A stretch of DNA of 64,000 bases from Candidatus Liptonbacteria bacterium (GTDB lineage: Bacteria; Patescibacteriota; Minisyncoccia; UBA6257; 2-01-FULL-56-20), in the NCBI GenBank assembly GCA_016194445.1, contig JACQBP010000040.1, positions 20,402 through 84,401 on the forward strand, written 5' to 3'. The number at the start of each line of letters is the position of its first letter. Positions within the stretch are counted from its first letter, which is position 1. Of the stretch, positions 39,029-48,415 are shown in pieces. A program made the position numbers and the translations under genes. Below the pieces are notes generated by a model, which was not told the DNA's origin, searched no databases, and worked only from the letters and a program-made list of their open reading frames with translations.

Positions 39029-40021
39029 CTATGATAGCAGTGAAAGTAGAGTATGAACCCGATTGTGAAAAGTATGTTCCTTCAAAACCTTTGCGGTAGC
39101 TTTGGATTGCATCACTTTTCGTTCTTCTTCATGAGCCAAGTAATATGCGACGACTTCAAACCAGTCTCTGTTAATTTTGGGCATTGCCAACTCATCTTCA
39201 TCAAAAAACTCTCGTATTTGGGGTACATAGTCACACACTTCAAATCCTCCACTAGCGGGTATTTTGAAAGTTCTGGCATTAATAGTCCTTATATCAGCAC
39301 CAGGTTGTTTTTCGTGAAAATTGATACTGATTTTTGCCGAGGCATATGCCGAACCTTCTAAATCAATCGGAACTTGCCGCATAAGCCTTAGTTTTGATAT
39401 TACCCCACTTCCAAAAATCGTTCGCTCAATTTTTACGAGAGGATGCAAAAAGTTTCGATCAATAAAATCCCAACCGAAACCATAAATTTTTACATGGTAC
39501 TTTTTTGCAAGCGGGAAAAGTATACGCTCGAAAGCTTCTCGTTTCTTTGGAAGATTGGCCCCGATATAGATAATATCACAATTGTATTTCGGGATGGGTT
39601 TTGCCGTACCATGAATTTTCCTTGACGCGGCAAGCCAATGCATTTTTTTGAAACGATACGCCGGAAAACTTTGAAATTCAACAGTGGGATCCACTTCTGA
39701 AAAATAGACGTCTACAATCTCATCTCTTTTTATAGCGAGCGCCAATTCGGGAGACATTGCACCATGTAGCACTACTTTGCCGCCTTGCCGTTTAAAGTTT
39801 CTCAATACGTCAATCTTTTTTTCCAAATCGTGGATCAAAAATCCGCCTTCTTCTATAAAAATATCCGGCTTAAAGGAGGTGAGTGTTTTCAATAAATCTT
39901 CTTTTTCAGTTAAAGGGTAAACCTCGTGTCCAAAATCTTCAAACGCGTTTTTATAGCCCTCATAGGTAAAGCGATCGTCACCGAGTCCGTAAGGGTAAAG
40001 GATGTGATAGAGAATTTTCAT
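39029..40021 (-). CDS. CgeB-like / DUF3880 glycosyltransferase (paralog 5)
   Basis: C-terminal FEVCDYVPQIREFF...VVAYYLAHEEERKVMQSKATAKVLKEHTF. The ATG at 40099 overlaps the upstream GT2; the Met at about 40021 abuts it. Confidence 0.45.
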   Translation of the reverse strand: MKILYHILYPYGLGDDRFTYEGYKNAFEDFGHEVYPLTEKEDLLKTLTSFKPDIFIEEGGFLIHDLEKKIDVLRNFKRQGGKVVLHGAMSPELALAIKRDEIVDVYFSEVDPTVEFQSFPAYRFKKMHWLAASRKIHGTAKPIPKYNCDIIYIGANLPKKREAFERILFPLAKKYHVKIYGFGWDFIDRNFLHPLVKIERTIFGSGVISKLRLMRQVPIDLEGSAYASAKISINFHEKQPGADIRTINARTFKIPASGGFEVCDYVPQIREFFDEDELAMPKINRDWFEVVAYYLAHEEERKVMQSKATAKVLKEHTFHNRVHTLLSLLS

Positions 40022-40851
40022 ACGCTTAGAGTATGAAATAAATTTTTTATTCGGTTGTGGATTTTGGGGAAATGATTTTTTAAAAATCCGAAAAACCATT
40101 GGAAGTAGACGTTTTTTAGATAAAGGAAGTAGAAACGCGATCGGCAGCTGGCTCCGTTTCTAAAATTGACTTTTTTGGTTTCTCGCCACGACCGGGCATG
40201 GCTACTGGTTGTTTTTCGACCCTCGTGTTCTAGGGTGACTTGAAATACTCGTGGATAATAAAGTAGTTTAGCGCCACTTTTTACAATCCGCAAGAATAAA
40301 TCGTGTTCGGCGACATGACGGAGAGATTCATCGAAGCCACCGACTTGATTGATAAATTTTCTTTTGAAAATAGCGGAGCTTTGAGGAATTTGGCAGGCGC
40401 CATTAATTATATCATTCAGGGTGTAAGGTCGGTGATGGATGGTTGTTTGCTCACCACTTGGGAAAAGGGTGTCGTGGTTGCCATAAATTAAATCGATGTT
40501 GGGGTGAGAAATAAGCTGACTCATAAAGTCTTGGATGGCTCCGGGGACGAGAAAGTCGTCGGAGTTAAGGATGGTGATGTATTCACCAGTGGCTTTCTGA
40601 AGCCCTTTATTCATTGCTTCACCTTGGCCAGAGTCTCTCTCTGAAATCCAAGAAAATAAAAACCCGCGCTTTTGAAATTTAGCTTCGCAGTTTTTAAGTA
40701 GAAGGATGGTGTTGTCGGTGGATTTGGCATCGATGACTAACTGTTCAATGTGAGGGTAAGTTTGCTCAAGCACGCTTGCGAGGGTTTTTTCTAAAAGAAC
40801 TCGACGATTCAGGGAGGTGGTGATAATGCTTAAAAGAGGGGTGTTTGTCAT
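40018..40851 (-). CDS. family 2 glycosyltransferase
   Basis: LSIITTSLNRR...IDAKSTDNT...NSDD. Confidence 0.6.
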   Translation of the reverse strand: MTNTPLLSIITTSLNRRVLLEKTLASVLEQTYPHIEQLVIDAKSTDNTILLLKNCEAKFQKRGFLFSWISERDSGQGEAMNKGLQKATGEYITILNSDDFLVPGAIQDFMSQLISHPNIDLIYGNHDTLFPSGEQTTIHHRPYTLNDIINGACQIPQSSAIFKRKFINQVGGFDESLRHVAEHDLFLRIVKSGAKLLYYPRVFQVTLEHEGRKTTSSHARSWRETKKVNFRNGASCRSRFYFLYLKNVYFQWFFGFLKNHFPKIHNRIKNLFHTLSV

Positions 40852-41792
40852 GGGACGCGATTTAATAGTAAACTCCGAATGACCCTCATGAAAGAGTTTT
40901 TGAAATTATCGAAGATGAGGAAGGGTTTATAGCCAAAGGTTGCAAAACCAGAATATAAAATATTTTTAAAGGAGGGTTGACGTTGTCTTGAGCGTTTTAA
41001 GAAGAGCCTTCCTTTGTCGACTTGGCTCGCGCGCATGTAAACCAACCCGCCAAAAAAACAAAGCCAACTGATGGCTTCTTCGCCTTGGTTTTCGTAAAGT
41101 TTTTCATATTTGGTAAAGAAATTTTCGAAGGAACGAACGAAACGCTTATGATACTCGGAGGAAGAAAGGGCACTTGATGAAGGGCGTGTTCGTAAAAAAT
41201 ACAGCCGAAGGGGAACATCGATAACGTATCCTCGAAAATGTTGCCGAAACTGAAGATGGAGGTCAAGATCTTCAAAACCACTCATACTCGGATCGGAGTG
41301 AATACCGAACTTTTCAAAAGCTGACTGGCGAAAAACCCAGCCGTTACCGATGGATAATTTCCAAAAGGGTTCTAATTGCGGTAGATAATAAGTTTTCCGA
41401 CCAAACTCATCTTCGTTGATGACTCCTCCGCTTAGATAGGCAACGTCGGCTGGCAGATGGCGGAAGGCCTCGACGGCTTTTTGAACGTACTCCGGCAAGT
41501 AGGCGTCATCGTGGTCGTTAAACGCGATAAACTCTCCTTGAGCTTGTTTGATGCCAAAATTTTTGGCGACAGATTGCCCTCCATTTTTTAACTTAAAATA
41601 CTTCAGGCGAGGCTCGTGGGTCATTAAATTTTTTACCTTTTCTTCGGTATCATCTGTTGATCCGTCGTCGATGACTAGGCATTCGATGTTTTGGTAGGTT
41701 TGATCAAGAACACTCTTTATAGATCGATTCATTAAGATCTTTGATAAGTTGAAGGTGGGTATGATAATGCTAACTTTAGGATTATAAGACAT
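40848..41792 (-). CDS. family 2 glycosyltransferase
   Basis: VSIIIPTFN...VIDDGSTDDT...NDHDD. Confidence 0.65.
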   Translation of the reverse strand: MSYNPKVSIIIPTFNLSKILMNRSIKSVLDQTYQNIECLVIDDGSTDDTEEKVKNLMTHEPRLKYFKLKNGGQSVAKNFGIKQAQGEFIAFNDHDDAYLPEYVQKAVEAFRHLPADVAYLSGGVINEDEFGRKTYYLPQLEPFWKLSIGNGWVFRQSAFEKFGIHSDPSMSGFEDLDLHLQFRQHFRGYVIDVPLRLYFLRTRPSSSALSSSEYHKRFVRSFENFFTKYEKLYENQGEEAISWLCFFGGLVYMRASQVDKGRLFLKRSRQRQPSFKNILYSGFATFGYKPFLIFDNFKNSFMRVIRSLLLNRVP

Positions 41793-41822
41793 GATTTCTT
41801 AGTTTATAGCAAAAAGAAAAAA

Positions 41823-42785
41823 TTACCGTTTCGAGGCGCAGTTATTCAAATACCAAGTGATGGTTTCTTTTACTCCTTCTTTTAGATTTTTGGCTGGCTC
41901 GAAACCCCAATTGTTTTTGACGTAAGAGATATCGAGGGTCCGAGTTGAATCAGCTCCAACAGCTCCAACCCATTCAATCTTTCCTTTAAAGCCGGCTGCT
42001 GTGGCTATTATAACTGAAAGATCGCGAAGATTTATTTTTTTTCCGGTACCGATATTGATGGGATTTTCTAATGGGCGCGATTTAAGTGATTGGACAATAG
42101 CCTCGGCGGCATCACTTATATAGAGAAATTCTCTTTCGGCTAGGCCGGTGCCTGAAAAAGTTATTTTCTCTTCATTGCTTGAAACAGCAATACATATTTT
42201 TTTTACCATGTAAGAGAAAAAAGATTGGGATTTTTTGCAGTCTCCCCAGGGACCGTAAAGATTCGGAAAGATTAGATAAGCGGAGTCAAGGTTGTATTGT
42301 TTATGATAAGCCTGACAGCCAACAAGGATCGCTAATTTCGCGATTGCGTAAGACGCGTTCGCTTCTTCTGGATATCCTTGCCAAAGATAAGATTCTTTAA
42401 ATGGCGCAATTGCGTTTGCTGGATAACTATTAATACTTCCGACAAAAATGGTTTTTTTTATTTTTGCTTCACGAGAAGCTTCAAGGACATTTAACCCCAT
42501 CAAAATGTTTTCATAAAAAAATTGACCGGGGGCTTTTTTTTGATCGGTGCTGTCGCCTACTTTACCAGCAAGGTGAATGACGTAGTCACATTTATTAACA
42601 GCCTTAACGCAATCTTCTTTAATTAAAAAATCGCACTCGGCGAAAGTTGGAGTGATAAGATTACTTTTTGGAAAACCTTTGGAAAGCAGTCTCCCAATGA
42701 CGTAGGAGCCTAAAAAACCCCTAGCACCGGTTATAAGTATGCGGGATTTTTCGGGAGAAGGAACAGAATTTGCGTTAATCTCCAT
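41823..42785 (-). CDS. NAD-dependent epimerase/dehydratase
   Basis: ILITGARGFLGSYVIGRL; 320 aa. Confidence 0.6.
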   Translation of the reverse strand: MEINANSVPSPEKSRILITGARGFLGSYVIGRLLSKGFPKSNLITPTFAECDFLIKEDCVKAVNKCDYVIHLAGKVGDSTDQKKAPGQFFYENILMGLNVLEASREAKIKKTIFVGSINSYPANAIAPFKESYLWQGYPEEANASYAIAKLAILVGCQAYHKQYNLDSAYLIFPNLYGPWGDCKKSQSFFSYMVKKICIAVSSNEEKITFSGTGLAEREFLYISDAAEAIVQSLKSRPLENPINIGTGKKINLRDLSVIIATAAGFKGKIEWVGAVGADSTRTLDISYVKNNWGFEPAKNLKEGVKETITWYLNNCASKR

Positions 42786-43503
42786 GGACGTCCCGGTGGA
42801 TGTTTCCTTTTGCCGCCCAGAGACTAGCCTCCAGAAGAGAACCGAAGGTTCCAGCGTCAGCCCAGAAACCAGAAATATTCCCGTAGTTTAGTTTTTTGAT
42901 TTCGGCGTATTTATTTAAGGCGTCGGTAATTTCGAGTTCTCCTCTGCCCGAAGGTTTTAACTCGGAAATTATCTCAAAGACCACTTTATCAAAAAGATAA
43001 AACCCGGTTACGGCGTACCTGGATTTTGGATTTTCCGGTTTTTCCTCAACTTTAACGATTTCCCCTTTTTCAAAAACAGGCACACCAAAACGCTTGAGAT
43101 CGGAAACTTCTTTAAGAAAAATTTTGGCTCCGATTTTGAACTCGTTAACATCTTTTTCGAAATTATCATCAAAAATATTGTCGCCTAGGATCACGGCTAT
43201 GGAGTCGCCTTTGGAAAAATCTCTGGCTTTTTTTAGGGCCTCCGCAATCCCGCCGGCGCCAATCTGAGGAGCGTAAGTAAGGGAAACCTGATGGTCTACG
43301 CCGTTTTTCAAAAAATTAGAAAAAAGCTCGAGGTGTGAGCTTTCTGAAACAATCAAAATTTCGTCGATGCCGCTCTTGCGCAGAGTTGCGATCGGATAGA
43401 AAATCATCGGCCGATCATAAATAGGCAGAAGATGTTTGTTAGTAACGCCAGTGAGAGGAAGCAAGCGCGTTCCAAACCCACCAGCCAAGATAACTCCCTT
43501 CAT
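42775..43503 (-). CDS. rmlA: glucose-1-phosphate thymidylyltransferase-like nucleotidyltransferase (short RmlA form)
   Basis: MKGVILAGGFGTRLLPLTGVTNKHLLPIYDRPMIFYP aligns closely with the RmlA N-terminus; 242 aa, shorter than canonical. Confidence 0.55.
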   Translation of the reverse strand: MKGVILAGGFGTRLLPLTGVTNKHLLPIYDRPMIFYPIATLRKSGIDEILIVSESSHLELFSNFLKNGVDHQVSLTYAPQIGAGGIAEALKKARDFSKGDSIAVILGDNIFDDNFEKDVNEFKIGAKIFLKEVSDLKRFGVPVFEKGEIVKVEEKPENPKSRYAVTGFYLFDKVVFEIISELKPSGRGELEITDALNKYAEIKKLNYGNISGFWADAGTFGSLLEASLWAAKGNIHRDVHGD

Positions 43504-43589
43504 AAAATAGATTTAGATAATAATTAAGCCTATTCAATCTAAGATAGAAAGTCTTTTTTGTAAAGGAGAAATAGAGGATTTCCTTGGAG

Positions 43590-44660
43590 CTATTGCTTGG
43601 TTTCGGTTTTTTTCTGATTTAGATCGTGCCCGCCCCATAGTTCAATGTGGGGGTTAAAAACTCCGGTTTTTTTTCTGATAGCATCAACCCAATTTGGGTT
43701 GCCTAAATACCACTCGATGGTTTCCTTAAAGGCTTTTTCAAATGAAGCTTTCGGCTTCCAGCCAAGCTCATTCCTGATTTTGCTAGAGTCAATAGAATAC
43801 CTTCGGTCGTGCCCTGGTCGCTCAGCGACGAATTCAGTTTTAGATTTATTGTTGTTGAAATATTTCAGGATGGCGTTGGCTATTTCCAGATTATTTTTTT
43901 CGTTATCTGCCCCAATATTATAAACTTCACCAGCTCGACCATTAAAAAGACAAAGGGTTAGAGCTTCGCAGTGATCGAGGACGTAGATCCAATCTCTGAC
44001 GTGCCTTCCATCGCCATAGAGTGGGAGGGTTTCCCCTTCCATTGCCCGCACAATAAAGAATGGAATGAGCTTCTCGGGATACTGGAAAGGGCCGTAGTTG
44101 TTTGAACAGTGGGTGACAACAACTGGGACTTCCCAGGTTGAAAAGTACGCTCCGCAAAGCAGATCTCCGCCGGCTTTGGTGGCGGAGTAGGGTATATGAG
44201 GAGCAAAGGCGGTGGTTTCAGTAAAACGGTTTCTACTATCTAACTCGAGAGATCCATAGACTTCATCGGTTGAGACTTGGAGGTATTTTTCTACTTTGTG
44301 ATTTTTTAGATATTCTAAAAAATTAAAAGGCCCCCATATGTTGGTTTGGATAAAGGATTCGGCGCCGATGTGGATACTCCGATCGACATGAGTTTCGGCG
44401 GCGAAATTTATAATGTAAGAAGGCTTAAAAGAATCTAAAGCTTTAAAGAGAAAAGTTTTATTGACAATATCTCCTTCAACGAATTGGTAGCGGGGATGAT
44501 TTTTGACATCCTGCAGATTTTCCAAATTACCAGAGTAAGTAAGCTTGTCGTAATTCAAAATCGAAAAGTTAGGGTTTTTATTAAGAAGATAGCGGATAAA
44601 ATTTGACCCGATAAAGCCGGCGCCGCCGGCAACAAAAAATTTTTCGTCTTTCAAAGACAT
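43590..44660 (-). CDS. rmlB: dTDP-glucose 4,6-dehydratase
   Basis: FFVAGGAGFIGSNFIRYLL...NYDKLTYSGNLENL...FAAETHVDRSI tracks the RmlB/RfbB N-terminal consensus. Confidence 0.7.
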   Translation of the reverse strand: MSLKDEKFFVAGGAGFIGSNFIRYLLNKNPNFSILNYDKLTYSGNLENLQDVKNHPRYQFVEGDIVNKTFLFKALDSFKPSYIINFAAETHVDRSIHIGAESFIQTNIWGPFNFLEYLKNHKVEKYLQVSTDEVYGSLELDSRNRFTETTAFAPHIPYSATKAGGDLLCGAYFSTWEVPVVVTHCSNNYGPFQYPEKLIPFFIVRAMEGETLPLYGDGRHVRDWIYVLDHCEALTLCLFNGRAGEVYNIGADNEKNNLEIANAILKYFNNNKSKTEFVAERPGHDRRYSIDSSKIRNELGWKPKASFEKAFKETIEWYLGNPNWVDAIRKKTGVFNPHIELWGGHDLNQKKTETKQ

Positions 44661-44696
44661 GATATAGAAAAATTTAACATACTTACTTTCAGAAGT

Positions 44697-44726
44697 GAAA
44701 CCCCCGTGGTAAGACGGGGGTTGGAA
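44697..44726 (-). terminator. hairpin (cccccgt...acggggg) between the LhgO-like stop and rmlB start
   Basis: Perfect 7-bp G/C stem; weak U-tract on the minus strand. Confidence 0.3.
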
Positions 44727-44736
44727 AGGGAAACTC

Positions 44737-45849
44737 TCAAGTAGTCAGCATTGAGGCAACATAACGGCCAATGGCAAGACAAGAAGTGAGTCCAGGAGAT
44801 TCAATGCCGATTAAGTTGACTAAGTGAGGGGAGCAGCTGTCTAAGTGGATCCCGAAGTCATCCTCACCGACGGCGGGGTTGGTTTTGGAGCGAAGACCAG
44901 CGTAAGCCCAAGTTAGATCTCCCTCTTCAAGATCGGGCAGGAAACGCTGAGCGCCTTCTAAAAACTCTTGGGGGGGAGTTTTCTCAAAAGAGTTCCGAGA
45001 TCGGTTCCCCGCCGGCTTAGCGTTTGGTCCGATTAGAAGGCGATTATTCGAAGCGGGTTTGGTTAGGTGGATACCCTTCACGGGATGGCCTGGTCTGAGA
45101 GCAGGATAGACTAAGGTGCGTTGAATGAGGTTGGCTTTCCCACCAGTCACTTCGTAATACTCACCCCGCCAAGGATAGTGACGATAGTGACAAAACCCAG
45201 CTTGATTGGCAAAGATATCAGCCGAGAGACCAGCGGCATTCACGACAATGGGGGCTGAAAAATCTCCTTCGGTGGTCTCGACTAGGTAGTTCCGTCCAAC
45301 CTTAATGAGGGAGAAAACTTCAGTTTGGAATTGCAGACGGATGCCTTGAGAGCGGCACGTCGCCGCCAGTTTTTTCCCCAGAGCAGGCTGGTCAACGACC
45401 CAAACGTCTTCCAGGTAAATACCCAAAGAAGCTCGCACTTCCGGCTCAAGTTCTCGAATCCCACGAGAGGAGAGAACATGAAGATGGAGGTTTTGGCTAT
45501 GGCTATTTCGCCAAAGCAACCAGAGGTGATGAACTTCGGCGGCGAGATGTCTGAAATCGCGACTTGAAGCAACGATCAACATGCCCGACTGGCGAATGGG
45601 AACCTGGTGGAGCTTACAGAAATCGACTAGCTCCCGGCTTCCCTCTCGAGCAAGTTTGGATTTTAAGAGCCCGGGTCTTTGATGAACCCCAGTGTGAATA
45701 ACGCCGCTGTTGTAAAGGCTGGTTTCGCCAAACTCATGAGGGTTTTTCTCCAGAACAGCGACAGTTCTTTCAGGAAACCTTTGCTTGGCGGCGAGAGCTA
45801 CGCCGAGACCGACAGCACCAGCGCCGATGATTAAGATATCTGTTCTCAG
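44737..45849 (-). CDS. FAD-dependent oxidoreductase of the L-2-hydroxyglutarate oxidase (LhgO/YgaF) family, probable CTG start
   Basis: The ORF track gives only the Met-started 281 aa part (44737..45582). The frame stays open upstream to 45849 and encodes DILIIGAGAVGLGVALA (FAD Rossmann) and VAVLEKNPHEFGETSLYNSGVIHTGVH, matching the E. coli LhgO N-terminus. AGGAGG lies 6 nt before a CTG at 45847-45849. Confidence 0.5.
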   Translation of the reverse strand: MRTDILIIGAGAVGLGVALAAKQRFPERTVAVLEKNPHEFGETSLYNSGVIHTGVHQRPGLLKSKLAREGSRELVDFCKLHQVPIRQSGMLIVASSRDFRHLAAEVHHLWLLWRNSHSQNLHLHVLSSRGIRELEPEVRASLGIYLEDVWVVDQPALGKKLAATCRSQGIRLQFQTEVFSLIKVGRNYLVETTEGDFSAPIVVNAAGLSADIFANQAGFCHYRHYPWRGEYYEVTGGKANLIQRTLVYPALRPGHPVKGIHLTKPASNNRLLIGPNAKPAGNRSRNSFEKTPPQEFLEGAQRFLPDLEEGDLTWAYAGLRSKTNPAVGEDDFGIHLDSCSPHLVNLIGIESPGLTSCLAIGRYVASMLTT

Positions 45850-45952
45850 TTAGGACCTCCTTTAAGTTTAAAACCCAGTGTAAAATGACCGAAAATAGTA
45901 TAGCTGGTTTAATGAAGGATAGTCAAATATGAGAGGCGAGGAAAAGACAAAT

Positions 45953-46900
45953 TTAATCGACATTCGAGAAGGGATTACTGATGTGGAGAGCTTGATAGCC
46001 GCCGAGAAGTTCACGAATGCCATCATGAAGATTGACTGAGAGGTCAAAGCCAGTGTTTTTGATTTTAGTATAGGAGACCTCATAATTTCTTTGATCAGGA
46101 TCAGTGCCAAAATCAGCGAAGTGAAGGTGGTAAGGAATAAATTCTTGAATTTTTTTGGCAATGTCTTCTTTGGTAAAATTCATTTCTTCGGAGCCGACAT
46201 TATAAATTTCATTTTTCATTTTTCCGAAATTTTTAACGGCGTGGACAAAACTCCTGCCAACGTCAACGGAATGAATGAAGGTCCGTTTGAAGTGGGCTTC
46301 ATAGACAATGTTAACTTTTTGTTTTAAAGCTCGATAAACAAAGTCGTTGATCATGAGATCTAATCGAGGACGAGGAGAAAGGCCAAAGCCGGTGGCGAAA
46401 CGATAGATGATGTAGTTGGGTTTGGTTTTGATGGCAGATTCAGCTTGAAGTTTGGAGAGGCCGTAGTCGGAAACGGGATTAGTGGCTGTGGTTTCAGTAC
46501 AAATACCATCTACTTTCCCATAGACACTACCAGTGGAACCGAAAATTATCTTCTGATTCTCGGACCTTAAATCATTAATAAGCTTAGTGGCATTAAGATT
46601 GACTTCATAGCAAAGTTCGGGATCTTTTTTACAGGCAGGCTCGCCGACGATACCAGCCAGGTGAATGATATAATCTACCCCGTCAAGAGCTTTCTTAACC
46701 ACCTCTTTGTTTCTGACATCGCCTTTAATAAATTCGAATTTTTTATCGATGAAATTAGGGAAGAGAGTATGCTGGCGGTACATAAGATTGTCTAAAACTC
46801 TCACAGCATATCCATCTTTTAAGAGCATAGGGACTAAAATAGAGCCGATGTAGCCAGCACCGCCAGTAATTAAAATTTTTTGAGGTTGAGATTGGGGCAT
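45953..46900 (-). CDS. NAD-dependent epimerase/dehydratase
   Basis: ILITGGAGYIGSILVPML; 315 aa. Confidence 0.6.
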   Translation of the reverse strand: MPQSQPQKILITGGAGYIGSILVPMLLKDGYAVRVLDNLMYRQHTLFPNFIDKKFEFIKGDVRNKEVVKKALDGVDYIIHLAGIVGEPACKKDPELCYEVNLNATKLINDLRSENQKIIFGSTGSVYGKVDGICTETTATNPVSDYGLSKLQAESAIKTKPNYIIYRFATGFGLSPRPRLDLMINDFVYRALKQKVNIVYEAHFKRTFIHSVDVGRSFVHAVKNFGKMKNEIYNVGSEEMNFTKEDIAKKIQEFIPYHLHFADFGTDPDQRNYEVSYTKIKNTGFDLSVNLHDGIRELLGGYQALHISNPFSNVD

Positions 46901-46901
46901 A

Positions 46902-47687
46902 TTAACCTAAATGAGTGGAAAGAAATTCTCTTAGGTATTCGTCTGAGGTTTTGAGCGGATAGGGTGGGATAAGAGAGGCGAGTTTTAAGGTTGGCATTTC
47001 ATAAATTTGACATTTTGCCTCTTTGGCAAAAGAAATGTTTTTCCCGAAATATTGACTAATACTTTGAAAATCAACGGTGCCGCGCCCACCGACGTTGAAA
47101 ACCTCTTTTTTCACGGGGCGCCGCAAAAGCTCTTCGATCACCTCTGCGACTCCTTTGGTGGTAATCATTTGCAAGCGCGAATCTTCGGTAACGAAGAGGG
47201 GTTGGTTTTGGAGAATATCATGGACGGGACCCTTTTTCAAGTTTTGGCCGAGCATCATTGAGCATCGAAGGATAAGGAAGTCTTGGGTGTGATTACTAAC
47301 GATTATTTCACTTAGATATTTATGAAGGCCGTAAGGGGAAAGGATTTTGGGATCGATGAAGATATCTTCTCGAGTGTGGTCGAGGTGGCTGTGGTTTGGA
47401 TAGACATCACTCGAAGAGATATAGATATATTTGCCAAACTTAAAATCAAACAAACTTTTATAAACAGAAGTAGTTGAGGCTTCAAAATCTTCGAGGATAT
47501 TTTGGTTAGCCCAAAAACGGCGGCTGTTGCCGTTGGCGTTCACTAAAACATCAAACTCCTGGCCTTGGAACTCACTGTAATTATCTTTGTCGATGGCGGT
47601 GGTTTGGTGATGCTCGCCTAAAAACTTAACAAGATCGCTACCCAACATACCGCGGCCACCTAAAATACCTATGGTGAGCTTTTTCAT
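46902..47687 (-). CDS. dTDP-4-dehydrorhamnose reductase-like SDR (RmlD-like)
   Basis: ILGGRGMLGSDL N-terminus, SSSDVYPN...YGLHKY catalytic region; 261 aa. Confidence 0.45.
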   Translation of the reverse strand: MKKLTIGILGGRGMLGSDLVKFLGEHHQTTAIDKDNYSEFQGQEFDVLVNANGNSRRFWANQNILEDFEASTTSVYKSLFDFKFGKYIYISSSDVYPNHSHLDHTREDIFIDPKILSPYGLHKYLSEIIVSNHTQDFLILRCSMMLGQNLKKGPVHDILQNQPLFVTEDSRLQMITTKGVAEVIEELLRRPVKKEVFNVGGRGTVDFQSISQYFGKNISFAKEAKCQIYEMPTLKLASLIPPYPLKTSDEYLREFLSTHLG

Positions 47688-47730
47688 ACAAATCTACGCA
47701 TGAGGGAAAAGTTTTGAAAAGAAGTAATCG

Positions 47731-48402
47731 TCATGGTAACACCCCCCAACCGAAACCGGCATCCGCCAGTTTTTCGAAAATGGCAAAGTGGTCGCGCGAG
47801 TGAAACCCCTTGAACTGAGGCTGGATCTCAACAAACGCGCTAACTACTTTTTCCTTGATGGCCTGACTTCCTCCAGTAAGCACTTCATATTCGGTTCCTT
47901 CGACGTCAATTTTCAGAAAATCGATACTTGATATTCTCTGCTCACGAACAACGTCATCAAGACACCTGATTTGAACAATCATTTTTTTCTTAAAGCCAAT
48001 TTTTTTGTCCAAGAAAGAACTGCCGTCCGGATTAGGGGAAACATAAAACGCGAGCTGGCCTTCGTGGTTATGAAGACCATGTGGAAATAGCCGGACGCGT
48101 CTAGCGTAAGGAGCCGTTCGTTTGACTAACTGAGCGAAAGAATCCGGGAATGGTTCAAAACAATATATTATAGCGTTCGGAAACGCGCTCAAAAAATGGA
48201 GCGCATACTCTCCGGTGGCTGCTCCAACATCGAAAACCGTGTGTATCTTACCGGCTCCACCCGCAAGTCGTTCTGCTTCCTCGATTGCTCGATAAATTCC
48301 GCTCTTGCCCAACAACCGATGTTTAATCGGACGAACCCAGTTCTTGATCCTTTTTACAAACTCGAGCCGATACAATGCACCAAGAATTTTTGACGAGATC
48401 AT
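47731..48402 (-). CDS. FkbM-family methyltransferase
   Basis: VFDVGAATGEYALHF...IYCFEPFPDSFAQL. Confidence 0.55.
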   Translation of the reverse strand: MISSKILGALYRLEFVKRIKNWVRPIKHRLLGKSGIYRAIEEAERLAGGAGKIHTVFDVGAATGEYALHFLSAFPNAIIYCFEPFPDSFAQLVKRTAPYARRVRLFPHGLHNHEGQLAFYVSPNPDGSSFLDKKIGFKKKMIVQIRCLDDVVREQRISSIDFLKIDVEGTEYEVLTGGSQAIKEKVVSAFVEIQPQFKGFHSRDHFAIFEKLADAGFGWGVLP

Positions 48403-48415
48403 ATTTCTATAGAAT

